Shown: positions 28,321-38,413 of the stretch, piece after piece
Layout of the letters: every line of letters starts with the position of its first letter
Numbering within the stretch: the first letter of the stretch is position 1
The notes under the pieces: generated by a model
What the model saw: the letters and a program-made list of their open reading frames with translations, nothing else
Told to the model about the DNA's origin: nothing
The model's database searches: none
Translations under genes and position numbers: made by a program
IMG/VR virus record: IMGVR_UViG_3300042147_000025
Location: 29,121 to 93,120 of that record
Strand: one strand, 5' to 3'
Length of the DNA stretch: 64,000 bases
Source: a virus

Positions 28321-29119
28321 GCTTCACCTCTGGATACTTTTCAATTAACTTTTCTGCATTCTCTGATTTTCTGTTTAAAAAGAGAGTAGAGTTTGAGTAT
28401 AGTTCATTTAAAATAGTAGCCGCTTTGATTCCAGTGATTGACAGTCTATAAAGCTCACCCTTCATAAGGACAGTCCGTGTATCAATTGACGGGTTGATAG
28501 ATTGACAGTAACTTAGGAACTGATCGCACAACTCCTTGCTTCCACAAAGGTAAACTCTACGGTTCTTATTTTCGGGCTTTGATATACTACCATCACCGTC
28601 AATTAAACCTCTCCAGAAATGTCTGTTATTCAAGAATCTTTCTGGTGCAAATTCTTTGGTGCTTTTTCTGGTTGTATACCCTAGATTGATAAAGCTCTTG
28701 TAAATCCCATCAACAGTAAAAGATAGTTGGCAAGATTTATTTAAGGTACTTGTCCTGATCTGATATGCCACTGGATTTGGCAAATTAATTTCATTCTTCA
28801 TTGTTTCAAGAATGTGAGAATCGTCTGATTGAATATCAATGGTAAGTCGTTTACCGCGACCGGTCATACATCCATCAGCCAACATAAGCCCATAAAAATA
28901 AGCTGCTCCTTCTGTGTCCTTCTCAAAGTAATCAACCACAACGTGCCTGTTGGCTACTCTGTTACTACCATTCTCAATTTTAACACCCTGTTGCTTAAAT
29001 ATCTTTGCAACACAAGCATCTGAAACATTGAAGGTTTTAGCAATTTCTCGTAGGGTAAGCTTCTGTTCTACGTACATAGTAATCAAGGCTGGGTATTGAT
29101 CTTTTCTGATTTTGATCAT
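28310..29119 (-). CDS. double-motif LAGLIDADG homing endonuclease with N-terminal HTH
   Basis: YFYGLMLADGC and FWRGLIDGDGSI; TLREIAKTFNVS HTH; AAGGA RBS. Confidence 0.88.
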   Translation of the reverse strand: MIKIRKDQYPALITMYVEQKLTLREIAKTFNVSDACVAKIFKQQGVKIENGSNRVANRHVVVDYFEKDTEGAAYFYGLMLADGCMTGRGKRLTIDIQSDDSHILETMKNEINLPNPVAYQIRTSTLNKSCQLSFTVDGIYKSFINLGYTTRKSTKEFAPERFLNNRHFWRGLIDGDGSISKPENKNRRVYLCGSKELCDQFLSYCQSINPSIDTRTVLMKGELYRLSITGIKAATILNELYSNSTLFLNRKSENAEKLIEKYPEVKHVF

Positions 29120-29132
29120 ATTTTCCTTCAGA

Positions 29133-29579
29133 TTAAAATGTGCAGTTAATAAACAAAGTTTCACCAGCAGCATGACAACTATCACATCCACAACCTGTCT
29201 CACAACAAGCTGCTTCTCTACAGATATCCCCATCACAAACTTCGATGTTCATGAGCTTGCTTGGACAACTGTTAGCAGACCAAGGCATCAACCCCATAGG
29301 AATGAGTACTGTAGGATTATTAATGAAGTTACCAAGCGCCGCGATGTAGTTCTTAGCATAGTCGTTCCAAACTTCTAGGTCGCCTGTGGATTCTCTGGTA
29401 TTATATCCAGCAATAGTAAACGAGGCAGAAATTGCAGCCATTCGAGCGGCTTGATACACATTTTGATTATTCAAGTCTAAGAATTGCTGAATTTCCTCCT
29501 CACTGTAGATGGGGTAGAACGGATTATTCGGGGTGTTGCCTATGAGCAAATTTACCTGCTCAACGGGTGTAAGGGCCAT
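29133..29579 (-). CDS. head-tail adaptor with Cys-rich C-terminus
   Basis: V.LLIG....IYSEEEIQQFL; RESTGDLEVW; synteny. Confidence 0.7.
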   Translation of the reverse strand: MALTPVEQVNLLIGNTPNNPFYPIYSEEEIQQFLDLNNQNVYQAARMAAISASFTIAGYNTRESTGDLEVWNDYAKNYIAALGNFINNPTVLIPMGLMPWSANSCPSKLMNIEVCDGDICREAACCETGCGCDSCHAAGETLFINCTF

Positions 29580-29627
29580 GGCCACTCCTACATATATGAG
29601 GAGGGCAGACAAGCTGCCCCTTTATAC

Positions 29628-29939
29628 TTACGCAGCAGGCATAATACCGGCAGCAATCAATTTAGTAAGCAATGCATTATAAGCTACAGTAACCGCTGCC
29701 AAGTCTGCAAAGTCTGGAGATTGTTGGGCAGTGAAAGTGATTTGTTTTGCAATACCAGCTACAGTAGTTGTTGCAGCAGCAGTGCCGAGTGCAGTACGTG
29801 CAGCAGCAGCAGTTGCAGCGGTCAATACAGAACGGCCTACAGCAGTAGAGTCAGTGATGTCAGCAGCAGTGATGCTACCAACGGATGTATCCAATTCCTG
29901 TACTGCAAAGATCCAACCGTTTTTAGTTGTTACAGCCAT
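29628..29939 (-). CDS. head fiber / decoration protein
   Basis: Ala/Thr-rich; C-terminal YNALLTKLIAAG trimerisation-type motif. Confidence 0.65.
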   Translation of the reverse strand: MAVTTKNGWIFAVQELDTSVGSITAADITDSTAVGRSVLTAATAAAARTALGTAAATTTVAGIAKQITFTAQQSPDFADLAAVTVAYNALLTKLIAAGIMPAA

Positions 29940-29959
29940 ATTTAAATCTCCGTAAATAA

Positions 29960-29979
29960 GGGGCTATATTTCAAGCCCC
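29960..29979 (-). terminator. hairpin after major capsid gene
   Basis: GGGGCT-TGAAATAT-AGCCCC then TTATTT on the - strand. Confidence 0.65.
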
Positions 29980-29989
29980 ATTAGATCGT

Positions 29990-31054
29990 TTACAAGTACA
30001 GACGAACAACAGCAGCAGGATTGAGCATGGCGTTCAAGAAGTTCTGCTCAGTCATGATTTCGATGATGTCATCTTTTTCATTCAGGTATTCAAACCAGTA
30101 CGAACCTTGGGCACGACGGTTGATCGAACCAAAACGGTTAGCCGGAGCGTAGTAGGTTTTGAACAGATCACGAACACCAACAGGCAGCAAGTAAGCATCG
30201 CCTTCTGGAATGAATGGTACAAAAGTACCAGCAGCATTCTCGTAACCACCAGCACCTGCGTTGATGAAGGTGATACCGAATACAGTCATTTGTTCGAAAC
30301 GTGCATCCAGACCAGCAACATCTGCACCACCTTTACCCAACAGAATGCTTGTACCTTGACTCTGATCAACATACTTGAATGCGTCAGTTACGAAAGCATT
30401 CTGTTGCAGAGCCATGTAGAAGCTATCGGAGCACAGGCACACGAAGGCACGAACAGTACCAGCTTGACCATCACGCAGACCATTACGAACAGCTTTCTTA
30501 GCAGTGTTCAGAACAGCACGTGGATCAGCAGCACCTGCGAAATCAACATCAATTTCTTCACGAGTAACATCAAACTCGGTGTAGTAGTTGGTTACTACAG
30601 TGCCACGAGGAGCATAAGCAGTACCACTAACAATCAGTTGCATACGAGCAGCTTCAAGAGTGAGGGAATGTGCTTCACGCAAATCAATCATCTTATCAGC
30701 ACGAACCGAAGCTACAGTTTCCAGCTCAGCAAACTCAGCCAGACTACCACCTTGAACAATACCGTCGATATCATTAGGGGTGATTGCATCATCAGCAGGG
30801 AAGTGTGGAATCTTCAGCAACAGGGAGTCTTGTTCACGACCAGCGATGGTCTGATTACGTTCGTCCCAGTTACGGTCTTCCAGAATGTGACTTTTCTTGG
30901 TGTTACGAACAATCTCGATGTTCTTCTGGCTGCGATAGTCAGGGGTAAACAAGCCCAGAGCGTTAGTGATACCAACAGTGTTAGGAACAATGATCAGGGA
31001 TTCGGTGCGGTCTACAACCTTACCCGGATTGTTGCGGTCAAGTACAATTGCCAT
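29990..31054 (-). CDS. major capsid protein (lambda gpE-like family)
   Basis: IPHF..DDAITPNDI, TLEAARMQ, FKTYYAPAN; strong codon bias; synteny. Confidence 0.92.
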   Translation of the reverse strand: MAIVLDRNNPGKVVDRTESLIIVPNTVGITNALGLFTPDYRSQKNIEIVRNTKKSHILEDRNWDERNQTIAGREQDSLLLKIPHFPADDAITPNDIDGIVQGGSLAEFAELETVASVRADKMIDLREAHSLTLEAARMQLIVSGTAYAPRGTVVTNYYTEFDVTREEIDVDFAGAADPRAVLNTAKKAVRNGLRDGQAGTVRAFVCLCSDSFYMALQQNAFVTDAFKYVDQSQGTSILLGKGGADVAGLDARFEQMTVFGITFINAGAGGYENAAGTFVPFIPEGDAYLLPVGVRDLFKTYYAPANRFGSINRRAQGSYWFEYLNEKDDIIEIMTEQNFLNAMLNPAAVVRLYL

Positions 31055-31082
31055 AGTATTTATAATTCCTTAAGGTCGTAGA

Positions 31083-31547
31083 TTAAACAGTTTTGAGAAC
31101 TTGGATGCCTTGTTGCTCAAGCAGACCCTTCAGGGTTTCAACTTCAGCGTCAGACAGATCAGCACCACCATCAACAGCAGCCGACTTAGCTACTTGTTTG
31201 ATGTAGTATTCTTTGAGTTGCAGAGCACCCGAAGTACCTACAAAACCAACAGCGTTATACATACCGCTAGCAATTGCACGAGGAACGAACGAAGGGTTGA
31301 AGCTGAAGTGGTCGCCATATACAACAGCGAATTCATTGGTCAGTACCAGTGGAGCTTCAGAAGCGAGTACGGTCCAAGCAGCAGTGAGATCAGCAGACTT
31401 GGCACGATAAACAACAGTACCCATACGGATAGCTGGAGTGATAGGGGTGATGTTCAGATCACGGCGGCTGTAACCAACCGAGGGGTCCATCTCATGGACA
31501 ACCAGATCAGAGAAGCGTTGTACGAAAGTTTCAGCAACGAAAGGCAT
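31083..31547 (-). CDS. capsid decoration protein
   Basis: RFSDLVVHE..PSVGYSR; between protease and major capsid genes. Confidence 0.75.
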   Translation of the reverse strand: MPFVAETFVQRFSDLVVHEMDPSVGYSRRDLNITPITPAIRMGTVVYRAKSADLTAAWTVLASEAPLVLTNEFAVVYGDHFSFNPSFVPRAIASGMYNAVGFVGTSGALQLKEYYIKQVAKSAAVDGGADLSDAEVETLKGLLEQQGIQVLKTV

Positions 31548-31571
31548 ATTTGTTTCCTTTAAATAATGTAA

Positions 31572-32918
31572 TTAGATCAAGCCAAGTTTTTGTTTGATAA
31601 GATCTTCGGTAGAAGTTTTAGCTTTCGAGGTAGTCTCTACAACGGCTTCAGTACCTTGGTCGCCAATCTCTGTAAACATATCAGATGCTTCAAGAGCTTG
31701 TTTCTGTGCAGCAAAACCACTCAGAACAGTTTCAAATGCCGAGTCGTCGAGGCTAGACAAGGAGGTCGAAACAGCTTCAACTTTGTCAGCGGACATAACA
31801 GCGGCAAGGGCAGTCTTACGGCCAGAAAGTTTCATACCTTCTTTCTCAGCTTGCAGAGTGGCAACGGATGCCAGAGCTTCAGTGAGAAGGGTTTCTTTTT
31901 CAGCAAGCAGCAGAGCAGCGGCTTCAAATTTGCTGGTAACATCAGAAACACTCAATTGAGCGGCCTGAAGTTGAGCTTGCAGTTCGGCAAGTTGAGTCAT
32001 TTCTAGAGTTTCCTCGGTTTTATTAAATTGGGTAAACAGTTTGGTTTTTAACATACCACCTTCTTGTTTTTGAGCTGTATCAGCTAAGTGTGTGTAAAAG
32101 TCTTCCAACGTCATCACACGGTCAGCTAGTCCTAGCTCAATAGCTTCTTTAGGCAAGAAGGTACGCGCTTGTGTGGACTTCACTGCTTCTACTGACAAGT
32201 TGCGATGTTCTGCAACAAACCCAGTAAACTCTTCGTAAAGTGTGTCAACTTTACCTTGAATATCTTCCAAGAACTCTTTACGGAAACTACCGTCAGCGTC
32301 AAATGGAATCTTGTCATCACCAGCAGAGATAAAGGTACGTTCATAACCTTCTTTCTCAAGTGCTTTAGAATCGTTCATCAAACGAACCAGAACACCCACA
32401 CTCCCAACTTCTGAGCTTGGAGCCATGATCAGTTCATCGGCAATTACAGACAAACCATAAGCTGCTGAGGCGGACAGACCATCTACATAGGTGATGATAC
32501 GCACGTCGTTTTCAGTAGCCAATTTACGCATGTAATTGGCAGTTGGCATCATCTGGAAGGCTTCGCCCCCACCACTGGAAACACTGAATGCAATAGTTTT
32601 TGCACCACTGTCTACAAGGTAGGTAAAGTCTTCTTTAATCTGTTGGTAAGAAGCGCCGCCACAATCAAAACCCATCATAGTGACTGGTTTATAGGAAAGT
32701 GGGCCATCAATGTTCAGAACAGCAACCCCAATATCTTTGTTATAAGAGTATCGGGAATTGCTTTCACGGTTATCTTCAACTGCTGTGTCTAGTTTGAAGT
32801 CTTCGTTGTTTCGTTCGTTAAGATATTGAATAACAATTTCAAACGATGCTGGGTGCATCAGGTGAGGAGTATTACAAATCTTTTCTTTCAGTCGTAAAAG
32901 TTGGTGTCCACTCATCAA
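31572..32918 (-). CDS. S49 prohead protease with C-terminal scaffold
   Basis: SSGGGEA, SASAAYGL, VGSVGV; coiled-coil C-terminus. Confidence 0.9.
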   Translation of the reverse strand: MMSGHQLLRLKEKICNTPHLMHPASFEIVIQYLNERNNEDFKLDTAVEDNRESNSRYSYNKDIGVAVLNIDGPLSYKPVTMMGFDCGGASYQQIKEDFTYLVDSGAKTIAFSVSSGGGEAFQMMPTANYMRKLATENDVRIITYVDGLSASAAYGLSVIADELIMAPSSEVGSVGVLVRLMNDSKALEKEGYERTFISAGDDKIPFDADGSFRKEFLEDIQGKVDTLYEEFTGFVAEHRNLSVEAVKSTQARTFLPKEAIELGLADRVMTLEDFYTHLADTAQKQEGGMLKTKLFTQFNKTEETLEMTQLAELQAQLQAAQLSVSDVTSKFEAAALLLAEKETLLTEALASVATLQAEKEGMKLSGRKTALAAVMSADKVEAVSTSLSSLDDSAFETVLSGFAAQKQALEASDMFTEIGDQGTEAVVETTSKAKTSTEDLIKQKLGLI

Positions 32919-35419
32919 GTGTTCTCCGTATTTGATGTTGAGCTATCCCCGGAGGAACCGTTTGAGCTGCCTGTGCCGTTGGGCATTCCTTCAGCCATAC
33001 CAGCACCCGAGTTAGAAGTGTCATCACCCATCATTTGAGCAAGATCTTCATCACTAATATCTTTCCTGACTCGATAAGGAATGTCAGCTTGACCAAGAAC
33101 CCAGTTAATAACTTCTGGTGTCCGGGGTAGCATACCTACGGCTTTCACTCGTTGAATAAACTTACCAATCTCGTCCAAAGACTCTTTACCAACTTCGCCA
33201 TAATCTACGAAAGGCATTAAGTCTGTTTCCCACCCGTTTAATTCAAACGTTTGGCGGAAAAGATCATTATTAAGTTGATCTTTAATCTCATTAAGCTTGG
33301 CTTCGATTGCCATCTCAATAGTACTGACTTTAGTTTCAGCCAAAGAGAAAGAACCGCCGCCCCCAGAACTACCAAGACCTAAGAAGTCAGCGAACAGGCA
33401 AGTAAGGATTTCAGAGTTATATCGTTGGATGATAACGTTAGTGTCGTATGACAGTTGGCCTGTTACACTTTTAATCTCAAACTCAAACATCTTATTGCCA
33501 TTTTCATCTGTGATGAGTGGCAATATCAAACCAGATTGCTTGGCTTGATGCATGTTCTGCAAGATCTTTTTGTATTCTTCAAAGACTGCACGATTCTCTT
33601 CTGAGGCATCGGTAGTCATGTATTGAGGTGGGATATAAAGAACTTTAAATCCGTTTGAATCTTGTGCTCGTTTTGTTCAAGTGGATTCGTTAATTCCACC
33701 CGGTTCTTTTATGAACTCCTACATGTTTCCATGCAGACCAGACTATATCACACTCTTCAGCTTGACCTGTTTAGAGCCTTACCATTTCGAACCACTTGGT
33801 TCTACTCCCTTACGGGATAGTCGTTGAACGTTCTAATCAAGTATCGTAATTATTAAAAGTTATACAGATCCGATATGTGTCTGTACTGCTTTTTGTTTTT
33901 GATTTTAGTTACCATGCTTTTATTAATTTTAGCATTGGTACTTAAAGCTACAATCTCCATATTCCTAACTCCAGCTTCTATCTGCTTGCATATCCAGTGG
34001 ATAGTTTCTTCAGATATTACAATAGATTTTCTAGGAATACTGTATTGCTGTGAAATAGACAACCAACCAATACCACGCCGAATGTTCTCAAGAGATACTT
34101 TTGATACCTCTAACATCTCATGAATTTCAATGTTTCTGTACCCGTTCTCCATCATCTGGCAAATCTCGTGAACTTGCAGATTGGTTAACAGTGCATTGTG
34201 AACATCTTCACCTTGTTCTGGAATTTTCAAACCAGTTCTAAGTGCGTGTTGAGTATTTTCTGAGTAGGTGTTCCACTCAAGGTTGCTTAAATCATTATGT
34301 GCTTTATTTCCATCAATATGGTTGACGCATGGTTTGTTTTCGGGGTTATCAAGAAAAGCTAGAGCGACAAGTCTATGGACTGTAAAACTCTTAGCTTTAT
34401 TATCTTCCCAAAGGAAAACTATTTCATAGCCGTCTCTATTAATAAAAGTGGCTTTTTCTTTTCCTTGTTTGTTGTAAACTTTACCAGTTGCATCAACAAA
34501 ATAATTTCTTACGATTTCTTTCTTCATAGTATTTCTCCTACTGACTTCGGATGAGATACTTGATTAGCTTCGCTGCTGATTGTCTTCACCTTTACGTGGT
34601 CAGAGTTCCCAGCAATTAAATAAGTTTTCGACAAGTATTTCTACTTGAAGCCGCTAGTTAGTCAACGGCAATTGCTTGACTTTCTTCATAAGCTTTCTTG
34701 TACTTCCAAGATTGCCACGCTCCATTTAATTGACTGACACCCGTAGGTGAGTCTTTCAGTGGATTGTTCCGAAACAACAAGAACTTCTTACGTGGAATAA
34801 ACTTCTCGGTAATGTCTTCCGTCGCATTCACAAAGTCCCAACCAGCATAAGAATCATTGGTTGATGTTAGTGTGCTTTGATATAAACCAGCTAGTTCACG
34901 ACCTTTATTCTTCCACTTCCAGTTTGTAATGGAATCCTGTGATCGTGTTGGAAGTTTCTTAGGGGCAATCAGACCATCATCATATCGTGAGCCGTTCACT
35001 TTCCGTCTTTCGCGGTAAACCTTTTCTTGGACCGCGAAACCGTAACGATTAAACGAAACTACTTGTTTAATGAAAGCATGCCAAGAGTGATCCATATCAT
35101 GCATACATTGCCGCATGAAATTAGCTTTAGCAATCATATCCTTGTCGTCTTCATACCCTTCTGGGATTTTGACGTTCCAAGGAACTCTTGCAATCATTGC
35201 CTCTACATATTCAAGTGCAGGGGCAATAGCACCATCACAAGCCATCTTTTTATATGTTTCACCAGCTTCAGGCCAGCGCAGTTCATGTTGGCAACTTTCA
35301 AAAATTTCGCCGCCCAGCGTAGCTAGACCAAGAAAACCAGTCTCCCCCAAAGACAAGGCAGGAACTTGATTAGTTCCTGTTGCTAGGGAGACGCTATCTG
35401 TAATAGCATCTTCAGCCAT
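32915..35419 (-). CDS. portal protein, spliced: join(35419..34665, 33668..32915), 502 aa
   Basis: Exon 1 ...WKYKKAYEESQAIA joins VAQDSNGFKVLYIPPQYM; IIQRYNSEI, GSFSLAETK portal motifs. Confidence 0.9.
33669..34664 (-). mobile_element. group I self-splicing intron (996 nt) in the portal gene
   Basis: P1 GCCGU/GCGGC with U-G at the 5' splice site; core AAUUGCUGGGAA, AAUCAGCAG, GUUCAACGACUA, GAUAUAGUCU; terminal G at 33669 restores the frame. Confidence 0.92.
33853..34527 (-). CDS. intron-encoded HNH homing endonuclease (I-HmuI-like)
   Basis: VHRLVALAF, VNHIDGNKAHNDLSNLEW, tandem HTH-like tails. Confidence 0.92.
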   Translation of the reverse strand: MKKEIVRNYFVDATGKVYNKQGKEKATFINRDGYEIVFLWEDNKAKSFTVHRLVALAFLDNPENKPCVNHIDGNKAHNDLSNLEWNTYSENTQHALRTGLKIPEQGEDVHNALLTNLQVHEICQMMENGYRNIEIHEMLEVSKVSLENIRRGIGWLSISQQYSIPRKSIVISEETIHWICKQIEAGVRNMEIVALSTNAKINKSMVTKIKNKKQYRHISDLYNF

Positions 35420-35428
35420 TGTAACTCC

Positions 35429-37003
35429 TTATCTCTGAAAGGGGTTTGATTTAGTTAAGTTTGCAGACTGTAATCCTGACAAGAAATTTGGGATAATTTT
35501 TCGAGAGGCTACAGCTTCAAATGCATCAGAGCACGCGTCACAAAGATCATCGTGGCCAGATTCACCCGAACGCCGGGTTCCATCAAAAACTTCAACCTGA
35601 TTATAGAAGAAAGAAAGATCGTTTACAACACCATTTTCATAGTCTGTTGCACAATTCTTTAGTATCTTCATACCACCATTCATTACAATTGAAGCAAAAG
35701 GTTTGAACCTGTCCGCTTTTCGTCCCTGAGCCCGCATCTGCTTGACAAAGAAGCCGGCAGATGAGATTTCTTTAGTCAAAAATCCGTTAGTAAACTTAGC
35801 TCCGGGGCCTGGGTCCAGTGGAATTATAATGTTAACTTTGGCTCCGTCTTGGTGTGCAGCCTCCATAATAAAGGCTAGCCACTCACCGGGAAGTACACGA
35901 GTTTGCCTAATGTCATGAATGAAGTAACTACCATCTTTTAACCGGCTCATCTTCACCGAAACGGTGTAGTCCGGTGATGGGTTCTTATCACTCTTCTTGG
36001 AAAATGCAAAATCATAAGCCCTTACAGTAGATTCAATCTCTGTCCAAGCTGGTTCTTTATCTTCTTCGACAAACCACTCACGCCTGACCATGCCTGAACC
36101 TTCGGCGCGGGCCTCCCACGAGCCCCACAGCAAAATTTCTTTCTCAATGCGTGGCAAACCTTCAAGGAATGCGATATAGTTATCTTCAATGTAAGGGTTG
36201 TCATATACGGAAGCTGAAATCCAAGCAAAGGAGAGTGGCTTAATTTGCTTCTTATCAGTTTCTGGCAGAAGATCCCCGAAGGAGTCTCTGCGACCATGAT
36301 TCTCAAACATCTCTTCACGAGACATCGCCCAAATCATGTCGTTACCGTCACGGATAAACCAACGAACAATACCTTGCTTCGCAGGGTCTGGACGACCATA
36401 GAATTCATGCCCAACTGGGTGCAAGTACCAGCCGACCCACTTTTTAACCCACGAATCAGGATTTGGGTTCATGGTGGCACGCATCACAGGCTTCATGTCT
36501 GCTTTAGTACGAAGACGGGATAGTATGTACAAAAATTGACTTTCTTCAAATTGACAAAGTTCATCTAGGACCGCAGAACTGATTTGTGACCCTTGAAAGT
36601 TGTCCGTATCATCTACTCGTTCAAAGTGAGTAAAAGATACTTCAGCCTTTTTCTCCAGTCCATCTACAGGACCAAAGTTAATCTTCATATCCTTGTTTCG
36701 GATACGAGCTTTATCATCAAAATCTTTAAAAAGAGATTTGGCTTCATCCCAGATCGCCCCCGGCTTTGTCAGCATTGGGGTGGTCCGTCTGATTACAATT
36801 CCTTTATAATATGGAATATGGATATACTTCATGTGGTGCATGAGCGCGGCAAAAGTCTTCCCGCCGCCAGCTTGACCACCGTAGAAAATGATATCTACTT
36901 CTTCACCTTCTTCTGTAGCATATTTACTTCTTTTACCTGTGCCGTCTCGCAGCGTCAGGAACAACGATTGAGGACGGCTGGCAGGAGCAATTACCATTGA
37001 CAT
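35429..37003 (-). CDS. terL: terminase large subunit
   Basis: GGQAGGGKT Walker A, LDEL Walker B, ATMNP, RAYDFA, HDDLCDACSDA. Confidence 0.95.
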   Translation of the reverse strand: MSMVIAPASRPQSLFLTLRDGTGKRSKYATEEGEEVDIIFYGGQAGGGKTFAALMHHMKYIHIPYYKGIVIRRTTPMLTKPGAIWDEAKSLFKDFDDKARIRNKDMKINFGPVDGLEKKAEVSFTHFERVDDTDNFQGSQISSAVLDELCQFEESQFLYILSRLRTKADMKPVMRATMNPNPDSWVKKWVGWYLHPVGHEFYGRPDPAKQGIVRWFIRDGNDMIWAMSREEMFENHGRRDSFGDLLPETDKKQIKPLSFAWISASVYDNPYIEDNYIAFLEGLPRIEKEILLWGSWEARAEGSGMVRREWFVEEDKEPAWTEIESTVRAYDFAFSKKSDKNPSPDYTVSVKMSRLKDGSYFIHDIRQTRVLPGEWLAFIMEAAHQDGAKVNIIIPLDPGPGAKFTNGFLTKEISSAGFFVKQMRAQGRKADRFKPFASIVMNGGMKILKNCATDYENGVVNDLSFFYNQVEVFDGTRRSGESGHDDLCDACSDAFEAVASRKIIPNFLSGLQSANLTKSNPFQR

Positions 37004-37035
37004 TAAAAGCTCCTTATAGCTTTAATTGTGTTTCT

Positions 37036-37383
37036 TTATTCTACTTGACCACTTGCTTTCAAATATTGCATCACGAGCAAATTACGATCCCTGCCTGAAA
37101 TCCCATACTTCTTCTTAACAGTAGCCTTCAACGTATCCCAATCCATATCATCAAGTTGCTCTTTTGTAAACAACTCTTGGACGACTTGAAACCGGAAACC
37201 GGGTTTATCTTCAAGCATCTCAGCCGTGGACAATGTAAACCAAGCAGAGTGTGGATAGTTAAGTCGTGGTACTTTACCTTCTTGAAGAACAGCACCTTTG
37301 CCAGCAATCTCAATACAGTTCTGCATAAAGCTATAACCAATGCTATCAGCACCAGTTACATACACTAAATATTCGTTTGTCAT
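37036..37383 (-). CDS. hypothetical protein
   Basis: AGGAGAG RBS, 115 aa. Confidence 0.7.
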   Translation of the reverse strand: MTNEYLVYVTGADSIGYSFMQNCIEIAGKGAVLQEGKVPRLNYPHSAWFTLSTAEMLEDKPGFRFQVVQELFTKEQLDDMDWDTLKATVKKKYGISGRDRNLLVMQYLKASGQVE

Positions 37384-37481
37384 TTAAATTCTCTCCTGTT
37401 GTTTGTTTCAAGAGAGACATAATCTCACAAACATAAGCTGGAAGTCAAGCTTATTACAAATATATTTACCTGTCTTAACAA

Positions 37482-37505
37482 ATAACTCTATATTTCAAGA
37501 GTTAT
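37482..37505 (-). terminator. hairpin with the same loop as the post-capsid hairpin
   Basis: ATAACTCT-TGAAATAT-AGAGTTAT then TTGTT. Confidence 0.55.
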
Positions 37506-37517
37506 CTATAAAACAAC

Positions 37518-38327
37518 TTAAGGACGTTCTTCCCATCGAGCTTTAAACGTGCCAATAACACCTGTCAGGGTTATCCTAAAGTAATATGTGGCAGCACCAA
37601 CACCACGTTCATCAGTCGCTGCAACACCGACAGAACCTGCAAAATTACTGTTGTCAGCAGCCTTTATCCTTAGAACATCGATTACAGTGCCACCTGTAAG
37701 AGTACCACCTGCTGTCAATACAGTCTGGTTCGTGTAGAAAGGAGAAGGTCTTGTAGACATTGTATTAGCTGGGAGGATTGGAAGTGTTTCAGAGAACGTT
37801 CCTCCTTCTGTCCCACCAACAACTGTCTCAACCCTAATGGTGCCAGCTTCAACAGCAGATGTAAGGGAGAACAAAATAATATCTAGAGGAACTACAGCTT
37901 TAATTACATAGGTTGCTGTGGTGGCTGCTGTCCACTCTTTAAATGTTCTGAACTCTCTACCTTCGAAGAAAGATGTCTGAGCAATATCAACCCTTAGACG
38001 TCTGAACCCTTCCTTTGTACTTGTGTATAAATCATGAGGAAGGTCAACGGTACTAAATGGAGCAACAGTACCTGTCAGACGTTGTACGATGATTTGTCCA
38101 ATTCCACCCCGAATCCATATTGGATCGTCGTTAGCGTGGATTAGTGTTGTCTCACCGGAACGTACAGGAAATGACCTGTCAGAGACAGATGGTTGTGTTG
38201 GTTGTTGTATTACATAACAAGGAAGAGATGAATCGTTAGTAAGAATAAGGCTTGTGCCTGCATCAAACTCTGATAGCGTATAGAGGTTGGAATATACTGT
38301 AGTACTTGGAAGGTTGATAATAGCCAT
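37518..38327 (-). CDS. hypothetical beta-rich virion protein
   Basis: Thr/Gly-rich 269 aa ORF in the late operon. Confidence 0.65.
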   Translation of the reverse strand: MAIINLPSTTVYSNLYTLSEFDAGTSLILTNDSSLPCYVIQQPTQPSVSDRSFPVRSGETTLIHANDDPIWIRGGIGQIIVQRLTGTVAPFSTVDLPHDLYTSTKEGFRRLRVDIAQTSFFEGREFRTFKEWTAATTATYVIKAVVPLDIILFSLTSAVEAGTIRVETVVGGTEGGTFSETLPILPANTMSTRPSPFYTNQTVLTAGGTLTGGTVIDVLRIKAADNSNFAGSVGVAATDERGVGAATYYFRITLTGVIGTFKARWEERP

Positions 38328-38413
38328 AAATCCCCTTGGATTTTTATTTGTTTGTAAAGGGGGTTTGGATAGTACTACATATGTTTACATATATCTACCG
38401 TTATAAAATAATT

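Noticed and set aside
30107-31081. 324-aa + strand ORF opposite the major capsid gene
   Set aside because: Antisense shadow of a strongly codon-biased gene; no RBS or recognisable motifs.
32915-35419. Portal as a pseudogene or two separate genes
   Set aside because: Group I intron core and frame-restoring splice sites explain the break.
35429-37003. Intein in TerL or NrdA
   Set aside because: Normal lengths; no intein N-terminal or HN-C/S/T junction motifs seen.
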